A DNA stretch of 64,000 bases, taken from NCBI GenBank assembly GCA_012729555.1, contig JAAYCX010000059.1, forward strand, positions 15,588 to 79,587, given 5' to 3'. A program made the translations under genes and the position numbers. This DNA is from Acidobacteriota bacterium. Its GTDB lineage: Bacteria; Acidobacteriota; UBA6911. Position 1 is the stretch's first letter; the number at the start of each line of letters is the position of its first letter. Below the pieces are notes generated by a model. It was not told where the DNA came from, made no database searches, and saw only the letters and a program-made list of their open reading frames with translations. Of this stretch, positions 9,619 through 19,600 are shown piece by piece.

Positions 9619-10822
9619 CCCGGACAGGCCGCTTCCGGCCGGGATCGACACCCCCTGCTTCCTCATCGACGAAGAGGAACTCTCCGCGAACCTGGACCGG
9701 TTCCTGGCCGCGCTCGGGGCCCGCTGGCCCCGTTCCGTTACGGCCTATTCGCTCAAGGCCAACGCCCTCCCCTGGCTGCTGGCCTATTTCAGGGACCGCG
9801 GTCTGCACGCCGAGGCGGCTTCCGACGACGAGTACCGGCTGGCCCTGGCCATGGGATACCCCCACGAGAGAATCATCTACAACGGCCCCTGCAAGACCAG
9901 GGAGACCTTTTTCGACGCCGTCACGGGCGGCGCGTTCGTGAACCTGGATTCCGGGCAGGAACTCCTCTGGCTGAAGGAGCTGGACCACCCCGGCAGCGGG
10001 CCGTTCCGGGTCGGCATCCGGGCCAACATCGACCTCGAAGCCCGTTGCCCCGGGGAATTCGGACTGGGGACCGAGGGGAGCCGCTTCGGGTTCTGCCACG
10101 AAAACGGGGAGTTGGGCAACGCGGTCGCCTTCATCCGCGGTTTGAAGCGGATCCGCCTGGAGGGCCTGCACCTTCACCTGAGCTCCAGGACGCGGAGCCT
10201 CGCGGTCTACCGGACCCTGGCCGGGGCGGCCGGCGAGATCGCCGCGGCCCACTCCCTCGACCTCTCCTTTGTCAACCTGGGCGGGGGCTTCTTCGGGGGC
10301 CTCCCGGACAAGCCCTCCTTCGACGAATATTTCCGGGAAATCGCCGCCGAACTGGGCCGCCGGTTCGATCCCCGGGAGACGACCCTGGTGGTGGAGCCGG
10401 GGACCTCCCTGGTCAGCTCCCCGTTCTCCTATGTCACCGAGGTGACGGACGTGAAACGCACCGTCGCCGCCACCTTCGCCGTCACCGACGGCAGCCGGGT
10501 GCACATCGACCCCCTGATGCGTAAAAGCGGGTATTTCTTCGAAGTCCTTCGCCGCAAACCTCCCGCGGGCCCGCCCCTCCCGCGCCAGGTGATTTCGGGC
10601 TTCACCTGCATGGAGTTCGACCGCCTCTTCGTGCTCCGCGACCACCCGGAGCTGTCGGTCGGGGACCGCATCGTCTACCACAGGACCGGGGGCTATACCC
10701 TCTGCCTTTCCCCGATGTTCATCAAGCATTTTCCGGCGGTGGCGGTGCGGCGCGGGAAAGAGTGGACCGTGGTCAGGGGGCGGCCCGCCGCAGAGGACTT
10801 CATCAGGATCCACAGCGCGTGA
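9608..10822 (+). CDS. PLP-dependent decarboxylase, Orn/DAP/Arg decarboxylase (alanine-racemase fold) family
   Basis: ORF 9536..10822. The start is ATG 9608, an 11-nt overlap with the upstream gene. AYSLKANALPWLL matches the PLP-lysine signature and FVNLGGGFFG matches the second family signature. Confidence 0.8.
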   Translation: MDLSPDRPLPAGIDTPCFLIDEEELSANLDRFLAALGARWPRSVTAYSLKANALPWLLAYFRDRGLHAEAASDDEYRLALAMGYPHERIIYNGPCKTRETFFDAVTGGAFVNLDSGQELLWLKELDHPGSGPFRVGIRANIDLEARCPGEFGLGTEGSRFGFCHENGELGNAVAFIRGLKRIRLEGLHLHLSSRTRSLAVYRTLAGAAGEIAAAHSLDLSFVNLGGGFFGGLPDKPSFDEYFREIAAELGRRFDPRETTLVVEPGTSLVSSPFSYVTEVTDVKRTVAATFAVTDGSRVHIDPLMRKSGYFFEVLRRKPPAGPPLPRQVISGFTCMEFDRLFVLRDHPELSVGDRIVYHRTGGYTLCLSPMFIKHFPAVAVRRGKEWTVVRGRPAAEDFIRIHSA

Positions 10823-10829
10823 GCCATTC

Positions 10830-11828
10830 ATGAACGACCCCGTCAACGTCCTGATCCTGAGCGCCGGCACCCGCAACCGGATCGTGGATTATTTCAAAAA
10901 AGAGCTGGGAGGCCGCGGCATGGTGGCCGCCACCGACTGCAGCCCCCTGGCGCCCGCCCTCTACGCCGCCGACCGCAGCTTCGTGGTGCCCCCCGTCGGC
11001 AGCGGGGCCTACCTGGAGGCCCTCCTGGCGATCTGCAGGGACTGCGGGGTAAAATGCGTCCTGTCGCTCATAGACCCCGAGCAGCAGGTCCTGGCGGCCC
11101 ACCGGCGGGACCTCCTGGAAACCGGCGCCGTGCCCCTGGTCTCGGGGGCCGAAGAGGTCGAGCGGTGCATGGACAAGTATGCCATGTACCGCTTTTTGAA
11201 GCGCCACGGCTTCAGCGTGGTCCGGCACTACGTGGACCGGGAGACGTTCTACCGCGACGAGGAGGCGGGAGTCGTGCGCTACCCGGTGATGGTGAAGCCG
11301 CGGCGCGGAAGCGCGAGCCTGAACACGGGCAGGGCCGTATGCCGGGAGGATGTCGACCTCTGCTTCCGCCTCCACGCTGACCTGATGATCGAGGAGTTCA
11401 TCGAGGGGCGGGAATTCGGGGTGGACGCGTACGTCGACCTGCTGTCGCGCAAGCCGGCGGCGATCTTCGCCAAGGAGAAGCTCAGGATGCGGGCGGGGGA
11501 AACGGACAAGTCCCGCTCGGTCCGGGACGAGGCGCTTTTCGACCTGGTCGGCGCTTTCCTCGGCGCGTCCGGTCTCGTGGGCGTCGTCGACATCGACCTC
11601 CTGCAATCGGGGGGGGAGTACTTCATCACCGACGTCAATCCCCGCTTCGGGGGCGGCTATCCCCACGCCCACGAGTGCGGCGTCAATTTCGTCAGGTTGA
11701 TCCTGAACAATATCGCGGGGCGCGAAAACGCCGGCGCGGTGGGAGAGTACGAGGAAGACACCTTCATGATGAAATACAGCGAGGCCACCCTTCTCAAAAA
11801 AACCGACCTCATCGGGGAGGCTCCATGA
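10830..11828 (+). CDS. ATP-grasp ligase (carbamoyl-phosphate-synthase-like ATP-binding fold)
   Basis: Landmarks are DKYAMYRFLKRHG, YPVMVKPRRGSAS, IEEFIEGREFGVDAY and ITDVNPRFGGGYP. Confidence 0.8.
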   Translation: MNDPVNVLILSAGTRNRIVDYFKKELGGRGMVAATDCSPLAPALYAADRSFVVPPVGSGAYLEALLAICRDCGVKCVLSLIDPEQQVLAAHRRDLLETGAVPLVSGAEEVERCMDKYAMYRFLKRHGFSVVRHYVDRETFYRDEEAGVVRYPVMVKPRRGSASLNTGRAVCREDVDLCFRLHADLMIEEFIEGREFGVDAYVDLLSRKPAAIFAKEKLRMRAGETDKSRSVRDEALFDLVGAFLGASGLVGVVDIDLLQSGGEYFITDVNPRFGGGYPHAHECGVNFVRLILNNIAGRENAGAVGEYEEDTFMMKYSEATLLKKTDLIGEAP

Positions 11829-12589
11829 ACCACCTGGCACGGTACCAGCGGTTTCTGGACCTGGAGAACCACCTGCTGGTGGTGCGCGGGGGGATCGCCC
11901 CCGTGATCGCCGGCATGCACGCCTACCACGCGCGCCACGCTATCGAGCCGCCCCGGACCGGGCTCGAGCCCCTGGTCCGGGAACTCCTCGCGGCCACGGC
12001 GCTCGGCGCCCTCTCCCTTGCCGAAAGGGAGTCCTGGGGCTGGTCCCTGACCTTCGAGGGGATGGACACCGGTTTTTTCGCCGGGGTCGAACCGGAGGGG
12101 ATGGTGTGCGTGCGGGTGCGCGAGGCCGAGACCTCGAAGGCCTCCGTCATGGTTCAGCGCCAGAAGGCGGGACTGCCGATGACCCAGAGCCACATCCGCC
12201 CGCAAACCGCGAGCCCGCGCGGCATGGTCGAGCAGTATTTCGCGGAAGTGGCCCAGACGAGGGTCCGGCTGGAGATCGCCGGGGACGGGGACGGCGTCCT
12301 GGTGCACGCCCTTCCCGGCGGGCACTTCGACGCCGTGGAGGCGATCGGGCCCGGCGGACTCCTCCCCTATTTCGATTCCGCGGCGGCCGCCGGGCGCCTC
12401 AAGGAACTGGGCGAGGTGGTCCTGTTCTACGAGTGCCGCTGTTCGGATGAGATGATCCTGGACATGATCCTCGGCATGCCGGAGCGCGACCGCGGGGAAC
12501 TGTTCGGCGACCTGCCGCAGATCGGAATCGAATGCCCGCGCTGCGGCCGGAGGTACACGATGGCCAGGACCGACCTCAGCGTCCACTGA
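11825..12589 (+). CDS. hslO: Hsp33-family redox-regulated chaperone-like protein (short, divergent)
   Basis: ORF 11675..12589. The start is ATG 11825, overlapping the ATP-grasp stop as ATGA. The C-terminal zinc motif FYECRCS...x...ECPRCGRRY is the CxC...CxxC of Hsp33. MVEQYFAEVAQTRVRL aligns with the Hsp33 core. Confidence 0.7.
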   Translation: MNHLARYQRFLDLENHLLVVRGGIAPVIAGMHAYHARHAIEPPRTGLEPLVRELLAATALGALSLAERESWGWSLTFEGMDTGFFAGVEPEGMVCVRVREAETSKASVMVQRQKAGLPMTQSHIRPQTASPRGMVEQYFAEVAQTRVRLEIAGDGDGVLVHALPGGHFDAVEAIGPGGLLPYFDSAAAAGRLKELGEVVLFYECRCSDEMILDMILGMPERDRGELFGDLPQIGIECPRCGRRYTMARTDLSVH

Positions 12590-12664
12590 AGGCCCGTCGG
12601 GTTTCCCTACCCGCCGAAAGGCCCATGCGGATACAATAGCGGCACTCATCGGAGGGACACGACC

Positions 12665-13411
12665 ATGAAACCAGGACTCAAGCAGCAATTCGCCGAGCGC
12701 TGGAACCGGTACTTTCCGGGCGCCGCGCTTCCCGTGGTCTTCTTCTACACCGACGACCCGGGGGCGGCCCCGCTCCACCGCGTCACCGACGGTCGCCATT
12801 GCTTCGTCGACGAGCTCGCCGCCGTCCGGGCGGGGAACACGCTCGGTTTCGACACCAGGTCGATCGCCTGCCCCGGGGGGAAACGCTACCTCGGGTTCAG
12901 CCGGGCGCTGATGCCGAACTTTGAATTCTTCCTGTCGTGCGGGATCGAGGGAAAGCTCGAGGGGGAGCGGTACAAGAAATCGCCCGAACTCGTGAAGGAG
13001 TGGCTCGCGCAGGCCCCCGCCTTCGCGGCCCCGGCGAGGTACATCGTCTTCAAGCGATGGGACGCGCTCGATGAGACCGACCGGCCCGCGGTGGTCGTCT
13101 TCTTCGCGAAGCCCGACGTGCTTTCCGGGCTGTTCACCCTCGCCAATTACGACGAGCCGACGAACCAGGCCGTCTATTGCCCCATGGGGGCCGGCTGCAG
13201 CACCATCGTCCAGTACCCGCTGATCGAAGGCGCCTCCGATCATCCGCGCGCGGTGCTGGGGATGTTCGACGTCTCGGCCCGTCCCGGGGTCGCCCCCGAC
13301 ACCCTGACCTTCTCCGTTCCGATCGGGAAGTTCGAGCGGATGGTCGCGGACATGGACGAGAGCTTCCTGATCACCGAGTCCTGGCGGAAAATCAAAGACC
13401 GGCTCCCCTGA
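12665..13411 (+). CDS. DUF169 family protein
   Basis: Has a GGAGGG ribosome-binding site. The overall pattern is typical of DUF169/COG2043 as I remember it (FFYTDDP, CPGGKRYLGF, VVFFAKPDVLSGLF, CPMGAGCSTIV). Confidence 0.65.
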   Translation: MKPGLKQQFAERWNRYFPGAALPVVFFYTDDPGAAPLHRVTDGRHCFVDELAAVRAGNTLGFDTRSIACPGGKRYLGFSRALMPNFEFFLSCGIEGKLEGERYKKSPELVKEWLAQAPAFAAPARYIVFKRWDALDETDRPAVVVFFAKPDVLSGLFTLANYDEPTNQAVYCPMGAGCSTIVQYPLIEGASDHPRAVLGMFDVSARPGVAPDTLTFSVPIGKFERMVADMDESFLITESWRKIKDRLP

Positions 13412-13432
13412 TTCTCCCGTCCACCAGGCGGG

Positions 13433-13936
13433 TCACACCTCCGGGGCCGGGGCTCCGAAATCGGCCCATTCCTCTTTCGACGGGCCGTAGACTCCCGGGA
13501 CCCGGAGCCCCGCCTGGCGCATCAGGACCGTCATCTGGCCCCGGTGGTGCGCCTGGTGATCGACGAGGACGCGCGCGCTGCTCCCGCGCGCCCACTTCTC
13601 CCCGTACATCTCGTCCTCGACCGCCAGGGTCCGGTCGTTCCAGCCGGACCTCACCCGCTCGAGCAGCTCCGCCGCCGCCGCCGCGTACGCCTCCCTGATG
13701 GCGGCGGCCGCCGCCGGCACCGGCGCGTCCGCCTCCACCGCCTCCAGCCTGAGCCCCGTTTTCGCCATCATCTCGGGAATCGTGGTCACGATATGCCACG
13801 CGATGCGGCCCAGCGTGCGGTGCCCGTCCGCGACCGCCTGCCCGATCGAGGAGTCGGTGAGGGCGTCGAACAGCTTTTGCGTGAGTCCCGATTCGGTTTC
13901 CCAGTCGCCGATGAAGTCCTCGATTCTGCGATACAT
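13433..13936 (-). CDS. DinB-family (DinB/YfiT-like four-helix bundle) protein
   Basis: Has an AAGGAGG ribosome-binding site. Landmarks are RTLGRIAWHIV and VDHQAHHRGQMTVLMRQAG. Confidence 0.75.
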   Translation of the reverse strand: MYRRIEDFIGDWETESGLTQKLFDALTDSSIGQAVADGHRTLGRIAWHIVTTIPEMMAKTGLRLEAVEADAPVPAAAAAIREAYAAAAAELLERVRSGWNDRTLAVEDEMYGEKWARGSSARVLVDHQAHHRGQMTVLMRQAGLRVPGVYGPSKEEWADFGAPAPEV

Positions 13937-14023
13937 GGTGCCTCCTTTTCGTGGTACGTCCGATTTCCCCTGCGCCGTCTGGAATCCATGATAGCAGGCC
14001 GGAATTTCACCCCGAATTCTTTT

Positions 14024-14053
14024 GTCCGGTGACGGGCACAGATCCTATAATCT
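14024..14053 (+). promoter_or_regulatory. sigma70-type promoter upstream of membrane protein gene 14103
   Basis: TTGTCC (14024..14029), an 18-nt spacer, then a perfect TATAAT (14048..14053). Confidence 0.45.
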
Positions 14054-14102
14054 CCGGGCGGTCAGATCATGCGGGATAACGATCCGGGACAGTGAACCAC
14101 AG

Positions 14103-14534
14103 ATGATCACTAACGATAACCGAACCCTCGACCGGCTGGTCCGATACCTGATTTCCAGCCACCGCCTGCGCGGGATCCTTTTCCTCCCCGTTTTCGCGGT
14201 CGTTTTCATTCTCTTCGCGGCGGTGTTCAGGTTCGCGGGAACCCCGGACAGGTATCTGTGGCCCTTCTCCCTCGCGGCCATGATTTTCACCGCGGGCGTC
14301 TTCGAGTTCCGGCAACACTGGAGAACGAAAACATTCCGGGTCTGCCTGGCGTGCCTTCTTTCCTGCCATGTAGGCGTAACGATCCTGGCCCTGCGCACAT
14401 TCCCGCCGGAAGTCGATGACCGGAGATGGGAAGCCCTCTACCTCGCGGAGATCCTCCTATTCCTTTTCGCCTATTGGGTCTTCGCGAGATTGAGGCCGTG
14501 GCTGAGAAAGTTCGCGGCGCTCGTCCGACACTGA
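14103..14534 (+). CDS. integral membrane protein, unknown function
   Basis: ORF 14022..14534. The start is ATG 14103, downstream of a TTGTCC-18-TATAAT promoter. It has about four hydrophobic helices. Confidence 0.55.
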   Translation: MITNDNRTLDRLVRYLISSHRLRGILFLPVFAVVFILFAAVFRFAGTPDRYLWPFSLAAMIFTAGVFEFRQHWRTKTFRVCLACLLSCHVGVTILALRTFPPEVDDRRWEALYLAEILLFLFAYWVFARLRPWLRKFAALVRH

Positions 14535-14680
14535 CGAATCGGGGACGGACCAGATATGTCGCTCATCCATGTCGATTTATTGTCATGCGTCCCCGGCACC
14601 CCATATTTCCTGAGCCGTTTTGCCCGCCAAATACGCACTTCATCATGATTCGATACGACCCATTTCCCCGAGGAGGTGTG

Positions 14681-15952
14681 ATGAACCCGCAGATTCCGCA
14701 GAGCGGCTGGAGGCTGGCCGCACTTTCTCTTCTGCTGATCCCGTTATCTTTCTTTAGTTTTTCCTGTGGAGAAAAAGTCTTTTCCCGGGAGATGAAAGGC
14801 ATTGACAAAGGAGGCTCTGCGCCGAGCACCTGGCCCCCCCTCTTCGTGGCGCCGGAACATTGTGATTCTGCCGACCTCTCGCCGGACGAACGCCTGCTGG
14901 CCGCCCACTGCGTCCGCGCCGACTTCCCCACGGGACCCGAACCGCGATACCTGGAAACGATCCAGCTCTGGGATTTCGGGCAGAAAACAATGCTTAAGGA
15001 AACGGAGCTCGAGGGAGCCGGTGGCGGAATGGGGGCCGACGGCTCGTCCCCCCGGCACGGGAGGGTGTGGTTCTCCTCCACCGGCCGCGAAATGGTCGTC
15101 CTGGCGGGCACCATGGTACACATTCTCGGGACGCAGGGCCTGAAGCCTGTCAGGACGTTTCGCCTGACCGCGCCCTCTTCGAGCGTGCGCAGCGCCACAA
15201 AGGGAATCCTGGAATTCAAACCGCGCCTGCTGTCAGCGGAGGTTTCGCCGGCGACCGACCGGATCGCGGTCCTCTGGAACCGAGAGTATTCCTATGGAAG
15301 AATCGACGTGTACGATCTTTCGACAGGCAACCACTTTCACAGCTGGGAAATGCCGTCGGCCGGCAACATCCATTCAACCAACGGACTCGCGTGGAGTCCT
15401 GATGGGGCGATGCTTGCCCTGGCCGTCCCGCACGAATCCCCAAAAGCGGACATCCTGGTGCTCGATGTCGGGTCCCGGGAATTGAGGATAACGATCGCTT
15501 CCAGCCTGGTTGCGGCAAGCGTGGCCTTCATTTCCGGCGATCGCATCCTGACCGTAGAAAATCGAGACCGAGGTCTGGTCTTCAATCGCCAACCCGCACT
15601 TCATGTTTTCGACATCGCAAAAGGCACACTCGTAAGAACGCTATCCGGGAGAGGTGGGGGCGTTCGCTACTTCGTCCACTCTTCCGGCGACGGCAAACGG
15701 TTCCTGGCATATACGGGAAAAAGTCGGCCCGTTTTCGATTATGAGGGCCTCTCCTTCGTGGCGGCCCCGATCGACCATACGATCACGGTCTGGAGCAGCC
15801 AAACCTGGGAGGAGATCTTCACCACCCCGGACATTCCACACGCCTCCATCGCCAAGGATATCCGCCTGAGCCGCCGGGGCACCTATATCATGATTGGTGG
15901 CGACGTCTACCCGATCGGGGACGGGCCGGCAAACATCGCTCCTCCCCGATGA
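14681..15952 (+). CDS. lipoprotein with WD40/TolB-like beta-propeller repeats
   Basis: ORF 14426..15952. The start is ATG 14681, with AGGAGG 5 nt upstream. It has a lipobox-like FFSFSC. Recurrent SPDxxxLA / DGxxLA blade motifs are present (SPDERLLAAH, SPATDRIAVLW, WSPDGAMLALA, SGDGKRFLAY). Confidence 0.7.
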   Translation: MNPQIPQSGWRLAALSLLLIPLSFFSFSCGEKVFSREMKGIDKGGSAPSTWPPLFVAPEHCDSADLSPDERLLAAHCVRADFPTGPEPRYLETIQLWDFGQKTMLKETELEGAGGGMGADGSSPRHGRVWFSSTGREMVVLAGTMVHILGTQGLKPVRTFRLTAPSSSVRSATKGILEFKPRLLSAEVSPATDRIAVLWNREYSYGRIDVYDLSTGNHFHSWEMPSAGNIHSTNGLAWSPDGAMLALAVPHESPKADILVLDVGSRELRITIASSLVAASVAFISGDRILTVENRDRGLVFNRQPALHVFDIAKGTLVRTLSGRGGGVRYFVHSSGDGKRFLAYTGKSRPVFDYEGLSFVAAPIDHTITVWSSQTWEEIFTTPDIPHASIAKDIRLSRRGTYIMIGGDVYPIGDGPANIAPPR

Positions 15953-16091
15953 TCTATCGTGATCCGTCCCGCACTCTCTGCGATACGCCGCATGGCGGCG
16001 GAACGTTGTATACTGCATCTCATCAAATGGGGATTTTTCAGCTCAAGGGCGTCACGATCCCCGTTCATGGGACATCGGAACTGGAAGGAAA

Positions 16092-16559
16092 ATGAACGGG
16101 AAATTTTTGCGCAAGGCCATCGACCTGGCTTTTGAGGGGATGCGCACGAGACAGGGGGGGCCGTTCGGCGCGGTGATCGTGCGGGACGGGAAAATCATCG
16201 GCTCCGGTTGCAACCGGGTGACCTCCACCAACGACCCCACGGCCCACGCCGAAATAGTCGCCATCCGCGAGGCCTGCCAAACCGCCGGCCATTTCCACCT
16301 GCCGGACGCCGTCCTCTATGCCAGCTGCGAGCCCTGCCCGATGTGCCTGGCCGCCATCTACTGGGCCGGCATCAGGACCGTCTATTACAGCGCGGACCGA
16401 AACGACGCCGAAAGGATCGGGTTCGGAGACCGCTTCATCTACGACGAACTCGCCCTGCCCCCTGCGGCCCGAAGCGTCGCACTGGAGCACATGGAACTGC
16501 CCGAGGCCCGGGATCTCTTCGAAGAATGGGAACGCAACGGCGATAAGGTGATGTACTGA
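16092..16559 (+). CDS. guaD: guanine deaminase, cytidine-deaminase-fold type
   Basis: Zinc motifs HAE and PCPMC are present. Similarity to Bacillus GuaD as remembered runs end to end (GGPFGAVIV, NDPTAHAE, SCEPCPMCLAAIYWA, FIYDEL). Confidence 0.75.
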   Translation: MNGKFLRKAIDLAFEGMRTRQGGPFGAVIVRDGKIIGSGCNRVTSTNDPTAHAEIVAIREACQTAGHFHLPDAVLYASCEPCPMCLAAIYWAGIRTVYYSADRNDAERIGFGDRFIYDELALPPAARSVALEHMELPEARDLFEEWERNGDKVMY

Positions 16560-16568
16560 CCAGCTGCT

Positions 16569-16595
16569 GCCGGGCCGCGCCAAGCGCGGCCCGGC
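16569..16595. terminator. GC-rich hairpin between convergent genes (candidate bidirectional terminator)
   Basis: GCCGGGCCGCGC-caa-GCGCGGCCCGGC is a perfect 12-bp stem with a 3-nt loop. It lies between the guaD stop (16559) and the autotransporter stop (16602). There is no clear U-tract. Confidence 0.5.
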
Positions 16596-16601
16596 CCTCG
16601 A

Positions 16602-19600
16602 TCAGAACCTGACGAAAATATTCCCCGCCACGCCCTCGCGCTTGCCGCCGAAACCCTGGACGCCCACGTTGATGGAAGTCTGTCCGGTTGCTGAGGGCTT
16701 GTAGGAGAGGATGAATTCGCCTATGCCGGTGCCCCCCTTGAGGGTGGGGGCGTCGATGACGTAGGAAGCGACGGTGGCGTCCACCCAGCCGTCCAGCTGG
16801 TGCTCGTAGGCGCCGCCGAAGAACAGGGTCGTGCGCTGCCCCGCCCTGAGCGATAAGCGTGCGCCGCCCCGCAACCGATGGGACGTCACCTCGTCAAAAT
16901 GGATCGGCTCCCCGCTCGACAGAGCCACAGCGTCGCTCTCCCCGCGCGAGTAAAAGTACTTTCCGTAAACATCGAGCCCGGTCCGTTCACTGAGCTTCCA
17001 GGCTCCGCCGTAACCGAAGTGCATACCGTAATAGACCGCCGAGGAGTCATAGGATGTCGGTTGTTCCGATTCCGGATGGATATCGCTGCTGGAGAAGTCG
17101 TTGGTCAACCGTCCAACCCGGAAGGAGGCTTCCGCAAAGTACCGCCCCATACCGGCATCCTTTTCGTCCCAGCGAAGAAGAAAGCCGCCGCCCATGTACT
17201 CGGAGTCGCCGCTCCCCCGGATTTCCCGCTCACCGTCCTGATTGAGGGTATCGTAATCGCCCTTGCCATACTCCAGAAATGGCCCCATCGTGATGTATCT
17301 TTCGTCGTAGTTAATCCCGTAAGCAAGACCCGCCGCCGCGGAGACCCCCAACATATCTACATAGGATCCCGTCTTGTGGCGGGATTTCCCGGCCACGAGC
17401 GAACCGAATCCGCCCAGACCCGTTTTCGCACCGGCATGAACCGATGACAGGGCGCTGTCCATGGCCGGGCCGGCGATGGCATCGGCTCCCAGGTTGTTCA
17501 GGACGACGCCGCTGACAAACCCTTCCGACAGGGATGTTGCGGCCTCGCTCCCGTGGGCCTCAGTGATACTCGCCAGCAACTGATCCTGAACCACCGACAG
17601 GTCGAATTCGTAATCGAGCAACCCGACCGTAGCCCCGTTGCTGGTAGCATTGGCCGGAGTCCCGTCAAAGCCGAAACCTCCTCTTTCATCGATGAGGACG
17701 ATGCTGTCGCCGGCCTTCAGATTGGTGTTGGGCTGCTCCAATCCCACCATCACCTGGGTACCGCCGAGGTGTACCGGGCCGGCTTCGCCATTCCCCGCAG
17801 TCACCGTTATGAAAGTGTCTCCCGCCACCATCTCGGGGGGGACGATAAAATTGTAATTTTCGAAATTGTCGAGACCCCTCACACTGACAGGGCTTCTCAG
17901 GTTCAGCGTGTTCCCGCTGCGGCTGTCCATCCCGTTACCAGACCAGCCGCCGTAGAGCAGGACACCGGCATTGAAGATGGCACCCTCTCCGATGGTAACG
18001 GTGTTTCCGGTGGCCGAACCTGAGAGGCTATATCCGCCCGCAATCGTGCCGCTGTATCGACCGGCCGCAAGCTCGAGCCAGTTTCCGCTGGCGGCACCAT
18101 TCCCCGCCCTTCCACCGTATGCACTGCCGAACGTCCCGTTGCTGTCGATCACGAGGCTGTTGTTGCCAGCGCTGCCGGATTCGCTGTACCCACCGGCCAC
18201 AGTGCCGCCCGAGAACGCGCTCCCTGTTATGGAGACGCTGTTTCCAGCAGCGCTCCCTTCGGCGGCGTATCCACCATAAACATGTGTGGTGCCCATGGCG
18301 CCACGGGCCCCGGTGATGGCGACGGTGTTTCCGTCGGCACTGCCGGCCGCGAGACTGTAGGCGCCTGCGATCGTGCCCCCCGCAAACTGGCCGTCGGTGA
18401 TTTCCACCGTCCCCGTCGCACTCCCGTGTCCGGCGTAGCTACCGTACACGTTGCGAACCGTGCCGCCTATTACGTCTACACTGTTGCCGGTGGCGGTACC
18501 CAATGCACTGTATCCCCCGGCAATGGTACCGCCCGAGAAAGCATTCCCCTCCACGACAACGGCGTTGTCGTTTGCGGTCCCGTCTCCAGCATAGCCGCCA
18601 TAGACGTGCGTGGTGCCTGAGGCAGTCCTGGCATCCGTGATGGAAACCGAATTGCCATCCGCGCTGCCTCCCGCAGCACTGTAGGCACCCGCGATCGTAC
18701 CGCCAGCGAATTGGCCGCCCGCAATGGCCACGCTTCCAGCCGCAACGCCCGATTCCGTATAGCTGCCATAAACATTACGGACCGTGCTTCCCGTTATGTT
18801 GACACTGTTATCCGTCGTGGCGCCGAGTTCGGAATAGCCTCCAGCAATGGTGGCACCCGAAAACGCATTGCCCGTTATGGAAACGCTATTGTCATTAGCC
18901 GTGCCAACGGCTGCATGTCCACCATAAACGTTCGTTACACCCGATGCTGCACTCGCATCAGTGATGGTAACCTCGTTGCTGTCGGCGTTACCGTCCGCCT
19001 CGGTGTAGGCGCCCGCAACCGTTCCGCCGTTGAACCGGCCGCCAGTGATCATCACCGTGCCGGCGGCGTTCCCCGATTCGGTATAACTGCCGTATACATT
19101 TCTCACACCACTGCTGGAGATCTCGACGGTATTGCCTACCGTGTCCCCTTCTCCCGCGATGCCCCCATAAATGCTTGAGAATTCGCCGGAGCTGCTGATC
19201 CTGACGTCGTTCCCTGTAGCCGTGCCCGATTCGCTGTATCCCCCTGCGACCGTACCGGCCCCAGCGCTACCAGCATTGATATCAATATCGTTATCCGCAG
19301 CGTCCCCCAGTTTTGTCCAACCCCCATATATATTACCGGCGTTGCCGCTGCTGTTGCCCTCGATCAAAACACTGTTGCCGTGGGTATTGCCGGACTCCCG
19401 GCTGGCACCCCCTGTGATCGTTCCGCCCGTCAATCTGCTATCACTTACATTCACACCATTATCAGCGGCATCACCAAATCCTGAGGCTCCGCCATAGGCG
19501 TTTGCGATTCGCCCTCCCTCAACGGTAACGGTGTTATTACTCGACATGCCTTCGGAGCTATACCCTCCAGTAGCGGTAGCGATATTGAGCGTATCAGTGC

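Noticed and set aside
10830-11828. Graspetide- or RiPP-type cluster (ATP-grasp ligases at 10830 and 38914 with nearby ABC transporters)
   Set aside because: No plausible short precursor-peptide ORF sits next to either ligase. The first ligase has CPSase-like rather than RimK/MdnC-like features. I cannot exclude precursors shorter than 60 aa without a dedicated search.
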